Below, piece by piece: positions 22,801 to 34,300 of a stretch of DNA of 64,000 bases. The notes under the pieces were generated by a model that was not told the origin of the DNA, ran no database searches, and saw only the letters and a program-made list of their open reading frames with translations. Origin of the DNA: Balanoglossus misakiensis (taxonomy: Eukaryota > Animalia > Hemichordata); assembly GCA_040954595.2 (NCBI GenBank), contig JBECUI020000045.1, positions 1 through 64,000 of the forward strand, written 5' to 3'. How positions within the stretch are numbered: the first letter of the stretch is position 1; each line of letters opens with the position of its first letter. A program made the position numbers and the translations under genes.

Positions 22801-25284
22801 ATTTTGCAAAATAACAATGGGGATGTGAACGACCTTTACGAGACATCGATTAGCCAAGCAAATGACGCGATAGATGCCAATCTACCGTCTATTGCATCGG
22901 CACAGGTTAATACAGTAGGCGATATTGTCCTTAGCTATAGCGAGGATGTATCTACCTCTGCCTTAGAAGCAGGCGATTATACGGTGACGGTTAATAATGC
23001 GGTTGCCGGCGTTGATAGCGCATCGGCAAGCGGCAATACCATTACCCTTGTGATGACAAATAAGATAGCCACATCTGCTACTGTTAATAGCATAGCGTAT
23101 ACTGCCGATGCAGGCACGGCGGACTCTGTGGTTGACGCAGTCGGCAATGCGGCAGCAACACAAACGATAGACACCGGTATAACGAATAATCGGGGCCTCC
23201 CGGTGGTTACGGCGGTGAGTATCCCCGATAGCCCGATGAAAATAGGCGATACGGTAACTGCCACCATCACGGTTGATGATGATGGCGGTGATACTTATAG
23301 TCTCTTATTGGGTCTGATAGGCGGTTTTATATTGGACAATTTTGCAAAGACAAGCAACACACAATACACCGCCACATTTACTGTTACCGCGGGCGGTACC
23401 GATGTGGCAGCCGCGGCCGATATCCCGGTCTCCATCATTTTAGGAGATAGCGCTAGCAATACGAGCAACCCTTACCAGACACCGATTAGCCAAGCAAATG
23501 ACGCGATAGATGTCAATCTACCGTCTATTGCATCGGCACAGGTTAATACAGCCGGCGATATTGTCCTTAGCTATAGCGAGGATGTCTCTGCCTCTACCTT
23601 GGAGCCAAGCGATTATACGGTGACGGTTGATAGTGCGGTTGCCGGTGTTGCTAGCGCATCGGTCAGCGGTAACACCATTACCCTAGTAATGACAAATAAG
23701 ATAGCCCCATCTGCTACTGTTAATAGCGTAATGTATACTGCCGATGCAGGCACGGCGGACTCTGTGGTTGACGCGGCCGGTAATGCGGCAGCAACGCAAA
23801 CAATAAATGCAGGTATCACTAATAACTCCAATGTGGCGGTAGACACGACACCCCCCACGGCACATGCGACCGACCCTATTGTTGCTGCTGATTCTATTGC
23901 TAATCCGGATGGAGTAAAAGATAACCGGCTGATCATCAAGTTCAGCGAACCCGTTGATACTGGGGATGTAACCTTAGATAGTATTGGAGCGGCCTTGGGC
24001 ACGGCTGCTAACGGTGCAAGCGTTGAGATATCCGGTCATCCGAATATGATTGAAGTTGCAGGTATAGATGCCGATGCGGACGGGACTTACACTCTGGTTG
24101 CAGACCCCGCTACGCTATCGGTTACCGCCGATTTTACACCCGATACCTCAACGACCGTGATTGATACCACTAAACCAGTCTATGCCTATACCAATGGGCA
24201 GGGCGAGACTTGGTATCTCTGGGCAAGGACGGGCAGCGGGTATCATATAAGCCGGTTGGATAATAACGACAAATGGTGGTGGGAGAGTGTACTTAACCCC
24301 ATTTCCTTTGTGTCCAATCCCGCTGATATTGCTTGGTGGCAACAGACTGCTGGTGATGCAGGCACTGGAACGTCCAATACAGTGACCGGTTGGACGCTGA
24401 CCGATTATGCTGATACTTATGATATCACACTTGGCAGCGATGCAACTGTTACGGAAGGCTCCTCCTTAGTTCTGACGGGCGTGACAGATCATGCCGGCAA
24501 TGACGCGCCGCTCATCACATTCCTTGTGCCGAGTTTATCAGATACGACCAGTAGCAGCAGTTCGCGGTCGGTTGCTAGCGATACCGTATCAAAGATTAGT
24601 ATTACTGTAACAGGCTTAGACGGGGCAGGTGAGTCTCTATTATATGATAACGGCAACAGCATTGCCTTAGACAGCGACACAAGCGAGACAAAAACAGCTC
24701 AGAGTTTAGGTGGTGTGACGGGTGTCAGTATCAGTTGGGATGGTACTGCCTTAACCATCAATAAAGATGACGGTAGTGCTTTCACAACAGAGGAGGCCAA
24801 GGACATGATCAATGCGCTTAGATACCAAGACACAAGTCCATCAACGACCAATGACAAGGTCTTTAGTGCTGCCCTGATAGACGAGGAAGGCAATGTGTCC
24901 GATACGGTTACTACAACGATCATTGCCGTAGATGCAAACAATATCGCCTCGCTGACTGCTACGGATGCTACGGATATATTTGATTACGGTGCTGCGGTGA
25001 TAGGTGATTCTGCGATCAACGACTTTGCCGTAGGTGCAGACGGCGACCGATTAGATCTGGCAGACCTATTAGACTACGACCCGAACACAGCAGGCAAGGA
25101 TGATCTCAATGCCTTTTTGTCTGTGACCGATACATCGGCTACTGTCGGCGGCGATGTCATACTGGCCGTTGATGCCAATGGTGATGGTAGCGGTGCGGAC
25201 TTTAGCATTACCTTAAACGGTGTCGGCAACGCAGGCGAGTTCACCCTAGCCGACCTAACAGACGATAACCTCATCATCGTATAG
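10869..25284 (+). CDS. Giant T1SS-type repetitive adhesin-like protein A (about 4800 aa if 3 single-base indels are corrected)
   Basis: ORFs 10869-16688, 16685-18760, 18762-20276 and 20239-25284 join through indels visible against sister repeats: a missing C near 16673 and extra Gs near 18752 and 20241. Order: duplicated N-domain, Ig/BIg/SbsA-like domains, about 15.5 218-aa repeats, a Trp-rich module, then the tail DFAVGADGDRLDLADLL...VDANGDGSG..ITLNGV...LTDDNLIIV, resembling the T1SS VCA0849-type C-terminal target domain. Confidence 0.85.
13701..23840 (+). repeat. Tandem ~640-680 bp coding repeats in gene A (SwmB-like domain plus Ig-like domain)
   Basis: About 16 occurrences of D(A/V)N(L/V/A)PSI counted by eye. 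The unit is PSIASAQVNAAGDIVLSYSE...SVVDAAGNAAATQTI plus PVITAVSIPD..MK.GDTVT...ISQANDAI. Confidence 0.9.
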
Positions 25285-25320
25285 GGATGATGCAATAAAC
25301 ATTAGAGGAGACGATTACCT

Positions 25321-28300
25321 ATGAGTACATATTATTTTGTAACAGATACAGGCGGTGCCATTTTAGCGTGGAACTCCGAGATACCTCACTTTGAAACATT
25401 AGGCAGGAGTTTAGTTGCCTATGGCGGCAGGGGTGTTGATGAGCTGTATGTAGGCAGGGCGACGCAGGCCAGTGTCGCATCGCTTGGAGACGGGGAAGAC
25501 CGTGTCTATCTTACAGGCAATTTCGCAGATTATACGCAAACGGTAGATGGTTCTACCTATACCTTCTCGCGCACGGTGACGATAGACGGCCATGCATACG
25601 AAGAAGTGATAACGGTATCAGGTAATACCGACAGCGACCGTCTTTACTTTGCCGATGGCAATGTAGAGTTGAGTTTCTCTAATTTGTTTGATTTCACAAG
25701 TGGCGGTTATCGGGACATCACGGCAGACCTATTAACAGGGGAAGGCAGCCCAAGCTATCCACCCACCCCACCTGCTGCTCGTGCGAATGATGAGAATGAA
25801 TGGGTCTTTACAAATGATAATGAGGGCGCGGTGTATGCCTTTGACTTACCCGGCAGCAAGTGGACTACCTATGGCGGCAGGGGTGTTGATCGTATTTATG
25901 TAGGCAAGGGGACACAGGCCAGTGTCGCATCGCTTGGCGATGGGGAAGACGGTATCTATCTTACAGGCAATCTCGCAGACTATACGCAAACGGTAGCTGG
26001 TTCTACCTATACCTTCTCGCGCACGGTGACGATAGCGGGCAGGGATTACGAAGAGCAGGTAACGGTATCAGGCAATACCGACAGCGACCGTCTTTACTTT
26101 GCCGATGGCAATGTAGAGTTGAGTTTCTCTAATTTGTTTGATTTCACAAGTGGCGGTTATCGGGACATCACGGCAAGCCTATTAACAGGGGAAGGCACCC
26201 CGGGCTTGGGTGTTGGTCTTACGATAAGCGATGATACCGCTGTTGATGTCACAAACACTGATGTTGTCTTCACCTTCACCTTTGATGAGGCAGTCACAGG
26301 GTTTGATATAGATGCGATTACAATCACCAACGGCACGGTACGCGGTGCGCTCACGGAGGTTGCCACAGGCATACAATATACCTTAGCGGTGACACCGACT
26401 GCGAATACACAAGGCATCTTAAGGCTCAGCGTTGCAGCAGGTGCCGTTGTTGCAGAAAATGACGCAAACAAGAGCAATCAGGCGGCAAGTGCCGAGCAGG
26501 CGATAGACACCACTACCCCGACAGCAACGATCAATATAGACGCTATCAGCAATGATAGTGGTGATGCCACAGACTTTATCACCAGCGACAATGACGGTCT
26601 GACGATAACGGCAACATTAAGCACTGCGTTAGCAGCAGACGAGCGCCTAGAGTACAGCGCTGATGATGGCAGCACTTGGACGGATATCAGCGGGTCTGTG
26701 ACAGATACGAGCATCAGCCATACGGATGATGCACTGACAGCTACAACAACGATACAGATGCGCGTTATTGACACCATAGGCAATAGCAGTCCTGTGGCAA
26801 GCCAGCTCATCACCATAGACACCACTGCCCCGACAGCAACCCTATCAGGCGACATCTTGCCTGCCGACAACCTCATCATGCAGTTTGATGAGCCGGTCAC
26901 CTTAGGCACAGGCGATATCACACTTTATAACCAAGCAGACGGTAGTACGGCAGCCGCTATCCCCATCAATGATGCCACGCAGGTAAGCTTAAGTGATGAT
27001 GGCAGGACGCTGACCATTAACCCGACTACTGATCTCACAATAAGCAGTAGCTATTATGTTCAAATACCGTCAGGTGCTATCACTGATCTGGCAGGCAATG
27101 CCTATGCCATCACAGATACCACCACTTGGGCATTTGCCGCCACCAGTCTCTCTAGCACAGTGGTATGGCGGGATGGCCTTAATAATGACCCCAGCATAGA
27201 CGGTTATATTAATGCCGCAGAGCTAAACACCGTAACACTGCAAGGCACATTGACGAATGTCGGCGATGCCACCGTTGTTGGCCTCACCGCCATCACCTTT
27301 AAGGCATTAAGCGGTAGCGCAAACGACATCAGCTATAGCGGCACTATGCCTGCCTTATCAGGCGATACCACCGGCAGCACCTGGACCCTAGATAATGCCG
27401 CGATAAAGGCATTAGGTTTGGTAGAGGGCGAATCCTATCGGGTTGAGGTAACGGTATCAGGCACAGATACGAGCAGCAACACCGTCATAGGTGGTGGCAG
27501 CCATGATAACCCTATTATTATAGACAGCAGCATACCGACCACAACAATCAGCATAGACAGCATCAGCGATGATAACGGCATTGCTGCAGACGACTTTATC
27601 ACCAATGATAATAACGGCTTGACGATTACCGCCACCTTAAGCGCGGCATTAGCAGCAGACGAGCGTTTGGAATACAGCACCAACGGCACGACTTGGACCG
27701 ATATCAGCGGGTCTGTTGCGGACACAAGCATTAGTTATGTGGACAGTACACTGACAAACGAGGGTGAGACCACGATACAGATGCGCATCACCGATGCGGC
27801 AGGCAATAGCAGTCCTACGACCAGTCAGCTCATCACCATAGACAGCACCGCGCCTGCCACGACAGTCAGTATAGACGCTATCAGCAATGATAGTGGTGAT
27901 GCCACAGACTTTATCACCAGCGACAATGATGGTTTGACGATTACCGCCACCTTAAGCGCGGCATTAGCAGCAGACGAGCACCTAGAGTACAGCACTGATG
28001 ATGGTAGCACTTGGACGGATATCAGCGGGTCTGTGACAGATATGAGCATCAGCCATACGGATGATGCACTGACAGCTACAACAACGATACAGATGCGCAT
28101 CACCGATGCGGCAGGCAATAGCAGTCCTACGACCAGTCAGTTTATCACCATAGATGCCAATCTACCGTCTATTGCATCGGCAGAGGTTAACATAGACGGC
28201 GATATTGTCCTTAGCTATAGCGAGGATGTCTCTACCTCTACCTTGGAAGCAAGCGATTATACGGTGATGGTTAATAATACGGCTGCCGGCGTTGATAGCG

Positions 28301-31300
28301 CATCGGCAAGCGGTAGCACCGTTACCCTGGTCATGACAGATAAGATAACCGCATCTGCTGTTGTTGATAGCATAGCGTATGCTGCCGATGCAGGCACGGC
28401 GGATTCTGTCGTTGACGCAGCGGGCAATGCAGCAGCAACACAAACGATAGACACCGATATAACTAATAACTCCGCTGTGGGGATAGATGCGACAGCCCCG
28501 GTGATTACGGCGGTGAGTATCCCTGATGCGGCGATGAAGGTGGGTGACCCGGTCACAGTCACCATCACGGTTGATGATGATGGCGGTGATACCTATACGC
28601 TTGTAGACGGTAGTACGGTGGGCGGTTTTGCCTTGAGCAATTTACAAAGGACAGACAGCACAACATACACCGCCGAATTTACCGTTACCGCGGGTGGCAC
28701 CGATGTGGCGGCTCTTGCCGATATACCGGTCTCCGTCACTTTACAAGATAGCGCTGCCAATACGAGCGACCCATTCCAGACATCTATTAGCCAAACAGGC
28801 GATGCGATAGATGCTAATCTACCGTCTATTGTATCTGCGCGGGTTAATACAGCAGGCGATATTGTCCTTAGCTATAGCGAGGATGTCTCTGCCTCTACCT
28901 TGGAAGCAAGCGATTATACGGTGACGGTTGATAATGCGGCTGTCGGCGTTGATAGTGCATCGGTCAGCGGTAACACCATTACCCTTGTGATGACAAATAA
29001 GATAACCGCATCTGCTACTGTTAACAGCGTAGCGTATACTGCCGATGTAGGCACGGCGGACTCTGTGGTTGACGCAGCCGGCAATGCGGCAGCAACACAA
29101 ACAATAGATACCGGTATAACGAATAATCGGGGCGTCCCGGTGATTACGGCGGTGAGCATCCCCGATAGCCCAATGAAAATAGGCGATACGGTAACTGCCA
29201 CCATCACGGTTGATGATGATGGCAGTGATCTCTATACACTTGTAGGCGGCAGTACGGTGGGCGGTTTTGACTTGAGCAATTTACAAAGGATAAGCAATAC
29301 ACAATACACCGCCGAATTTACTGTTACCGCGGGTGGTACCGATGTGGTGGCTGATGCCGATATCCCGGTCTCCGTCACTTTACAAGATAGCGCTGCCAAT
29401 ACGAGCGACCCATTCCAGACATCTATTAGCCAAGCAAACGATGTGATAGATGCCAATCTACCGTCTATTGCATCGGCAGAGGTTAACGCAGCCGGTGATA
29501 TTGTCCTTAGCTATAGCGAGAATATATCTACCTCTACCTTGGAAGCAAGCGATTATACGGTGACGGTTGATAATGCGGCTGTCGGCGTTGATAGTGCATC
29601 GGTCAGCGGTAACACCATTACCCTTGTGATGACAGATAAGATAACCGCATCTGCTGTTGTTAATAGCATAGCGTATGCTGCCGATGCAGGTACGGCGGAT
29701 TCTGTCGTTGACGCAGCCGGCAATGCGGCAGCAACACAAACGATAGACACCGATATAGCTAATAACTCCAATGTGGGGATAGATACGACAGCCCCGGTGA
29801 TTATGGCGGTGAGTATCCCTGATGCGGCGATGAAGGTGGGTGACCCGGTCACAGTCACCATCACGGTTGATGATGATGGCGGTGATACCTATACGCTTGT
29901 AGACGGTAGTACGGTAGGCGGTTTTGCCTTGAGCAATTTACAAAGGACAGACAGCACAACATACACCGCCGAATTTACCGTTGCCGCGGGTGGCACCGAT
30001 GTGGCGGCTGATGCTGATATTCCTGTCTCCGTCACTTTAGAAGATAGCGCTGCCAATACGAGTGACCCATTCCAGACATCGATTAGCCAAGCAAACGATG
30101 TGATAGATGCCAATCTACCGTCTATTGCATCGGCACAGGTTAATACAGCAGGCGATATTGTCCTTAGCTATAGCGAGGATGTCTCTGCCTCTACCTTGGA
30201 AGCAAGCGATTATACGGTGACGGTTGATAATGCGGCTGTCGGCGTTGATAGTGGCATCGGTCAGCGGTAACACCATTACCCTTGTGATGACAAATAAGAT
30301 AACTGCATCTGCTGTTGTTAATAGCATAGCGTATGCTGCCGATGCAGGCACGGCGGATTCTGTCGTTGACGCAGCCGGCAATGCGGCAGCAACACAAACG
30401 ATAGACACCGATATAGCTAATAACTCCAATGTGGGGATAGATACGACAGCCCCGGTGATTATGGCGGTGAGTATCCCTGATGCGGCGATGAAGGTGGGTG
30501 ACCCGGTCACAGTCACCATCACGGTTGATGATGATGGCGGTGATACCTATACGCTTGTAGACGGTAGTACGGTGGGCGGTTTTGCCTTGAGCAATTTACA
30601 AAGGACAGACAGCACAACATACACCGCCGAATTTACCGTTACCGATGGTGGCACCGATGTGGCGGCTCTTGCCGATATCCCGGTCTCCGTCACTTTAGAA
30701 GATAGCGCTGCCAATACGAGCGACCCATTCCAGACATCTATTAGCCAAGCAAACGATGTGATAGATGCCAATCTACCGTCTATTGCATCGGCAGAGGTTA
30801 ACATAGACGGCGATATTGTCCTTAGCTATAGCGAGGATGTCTCTGTCTCTACCTTGGAGCCAAGCGATTATACGGTGATGGTTGATAGTGCGGCTGTCGG
30901 TATTGCTAGCGCATCGGCAAGCGGTAGCACCGTTACCCTGGTCATGACAGATAAGATAACCGCATCTGCTGTTGTTGATAGCATAGCGTATGCTGCCGAT
31001 GCAGGCACGGCGGACTCTGTCGTTGACGCAGCCGGCAATGCGGCAGCGGCACAAACGATAGACACCGATATAACTAATAACTCCGCTGTGGGGATAGATA
31101 CGACAGCCCCGGTGATTACGGCGGTGAGTATCCCTGATGCGGCGATGAAGGTGGGTGACCCGGTCACAGTCACCATCACGGTTGATGATGATGGCGGTGA
31201 TACCTATACGCTTGTAGACGGTAGTACGGTGGGCGGTTTTGACTTGGGCAGTTTAGCAAGGACAGACAGCACAACATACACCGCCACATTTACCGTTACC

Positions 31301-34300
31301 GATGGCGGTACCGATGTGGCGGCTCTTGCCGATATATCGGTCTCCGTCACTTTAGAAGATAGCGCTGCCAATACGAGCGACCCATTCCAGACATCTATTA
31401 GCCAAGCAAATGACGCGATAGATGCTAATCTACCGTCTATTGTATCTGCGCGGGTTAATACAGCAGGCGATATTGTCCTTAGCTATAGCGAGGATGTTTC
31501 TGCCTCTGCCTTGGAAGCAAGCGATTATACGGTGACGGTTGATAATGCGGCTGTCGGCGTTGATAGTGCATCGGTTAGCGGTAGCACCGTTACCCTAGTC
31601 ATGACAAATAAGATAACCGCATCTGCTGTTGTTAATAGCATAGCGTATGCTGCCGATGTAGGCACGGCGGACTCTGTGGTTGACGCAGCCGGCAATGCGG
31701 CAGAGGCACAAACAATAGATACCGGTATAACGAATAATCGGGGCGTCCCGGTGATTACGGCGGTGAGCATCCCCGATAGCTCAATGAAAATAGGCGATAC
31801 GGTAACTGCCACCATCACGGTTGATGATGATGGCAGTGATCTCTATACACTTGTAGGCGGCAGTACGGTGGGCGTTTTGACTTGAGCAATTTACAAAGGA
31901 TAAGCAATACACAATACACCGCCGAATTTACTGTTACCGCGGGTGGTACCGATGTGGTGGCTGATGCCGATATCCCGGTCTCCGTCACTTTACAAGATAG
32001 CGCTGCCAATACGAGCGACCCATTCCAGACATCTATTAGCCAAGCAAACGATGTGATAGATGCTAATCTACCGTCTATTGCATCGGCAGAGGTTAACGCA
32101 GCCGGTGATATTGTCCTTAGTTATAGCGAGGATATCTCTACCTCTACCTTGGAAGCAAGCGATTATACGGTGACGGTTGATAATGCGGCTGTCGGCGTTG
32201 ATAGTGCATCGGTCAGCGGTAACACCATTACCCTTGTGATGACAGATAAGATAACCGCATCTGCTGTTGTTAATAGCATAGCGTATGCTGCCGATGCAGG
32301 TACGGCGGATTCTGTCGTTGACGCAGCCGGCAATGCGGCAGCAACACAAACGATAGACACCGATATAGCTAATAACTCCAATGTGGGGATAGATACGACA
32401 GCCCCGGTGATTACGGCGGTGAGTATCCCTGATGCGGCGATGAAGGTGGGTGACCCGGTCACAGTCACCATCACGGTTGATGATGATGGCGGTGATACCT
32501 ATACGCTTGTAGAGGGTAGTACGGTAGGCGGTTTTGCCTTGAGCAATTTACAAAGGACAGACAGCACAACATACACCGCCGAATTTACCGTTGCCGCGGG
32601 TGGCACCGATGTGGCGGCTGATGCTGATATTCCTGTCTCCGTCACTTTAGAAGATAGCGCTGCCAATACGAGTGACCCATTCCAGACATCGATTAGCCAA
32701 GCAAACGATGTGATAGATGCCAATCTACCGTCTATTGCATCGGCAGAGGTTAACATAGACGGCGATATTGTCCTTAGCTATAGCGAGGATATCTCTGCCT
32801 CTACCTTGGAGCCAAGCGATTATACGGTGATGGTTGATAGTGCGGCTGTCGGTGTTGATAGCGCATCGGTCAGCGGTAGCACCGTTACCCTAGTAATGAC
32901 AAATAAGATAACCGCATCTGCTACTGTTAACAGCGTAGTGTATGCTGCCGATACAGGCACGGCGGAGCTCTGTGGTTGACGCAGTCGGCAATGCGGCAGC
33001 GGCACAAACGATAGACACCGATATAGCTAATAACTCCAATGTGGGGATAGATACGACAGCCCCGGTGATTACGGCGGTGAGTATCCCTGATGCGGCGATG
33101 AAGGTGGGTGACCCGGTCACAGGTCACCATCACGGCTGATGATGATGGCGGTGATGCCTATACGCTTGTAGACGGTAGTACGGTGGGCGGTTTTGCCTTG
33201 AGCAATTTACAAAGGACAGACAGCACAACATACACCGCCACATTTACCGTTACCGATGGCGGTACCGATGTGGCGGCTCTTGCCGATATATCGGTCTCCG
33301 TCACTTTAGAAGATAGCGCTGCCAATACGAGCGACCCATTCCAGACATCTATTAGCCAAGCAAATGACGCGATAGATGCCAATCTACCGTCTATTGCATC
33401 GGCAGAGGTTAACATAGCCGGCGATATTGTCCTTAGCTATAGCGAGGATGTCTCTGCCTCTACCTTGGAAGCAAGCGATTATACGGTGATGGTTGATAGT
33501 GCGGCTGTCGGTGTTGATAGCGCATCGGTTAGCGGTAGCACCGTTACCCTAGTAATGACAAATAAGATAGCCGCATATACTGTTGTTGATAGCATAGCGT
33601 ATGCTGCCAATGCAGGCACGGCGAGCTCTGTGGTTGACACAGCCGGCAACGCGGCAGCAACGCAAACAATAAATGCCGGTATCACTAATAACTCCAATGT
33701 GGCAGATACGACAGCCCCGGTGATTACGGCGGTGAGCATCCCTGATGCACCGATGAAGGCGGGCGATACGGTCACAGTCACCATCACGGTTGATGATGAT
33801 GGCGGTGATCTCTATACGCTTGTAGCCGGTAGTACGGTGGGCGGTTTTGACTTGGGCAGTTTAGCAAGGACAAACAGCACAACATACACCGCCACATTTA
33901 CCGTTACCGATGGTGGCACCGATGTGGTGGCCGTGGCCGATATACCGGTCTCCATCACTTTACAAGATAGCGCTACCAATACGAGTGACCTTTACCAGGC
34001 ACCGATTAGCCAAGCAAATGACGCGATAGATGCCAATCTACCGTCTATTGTATCGGCACAGGTTAACGCAGCCGGCGATATTGTCCTTAGCTATAGCGAG
34101 GATGTATCTACCTCTACCTTGGAAGCAAGCGATTATACGGTGATGGTTAATAATGCGGTTGCCGGTATTGCTAGCGCAACAGCTAGCGGCAATACCATTA
34201 CCCTGGTAATGACAGATAAGATAGCCCCATTTGCTACTGTTAATAGCATAGCGTATGCTGCCAATGCAGGCACGGCGAGCTCTGTGGTTGACACAGCCGG

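Noticed and set aside
24289-24384. Diversity-generating retroelement or shufflon as the source of tip variability
   Set aside because: No reverse transcriptase, recombinase or inverted cassettes are in the window, and the differences include indels and are not adenine-specific.
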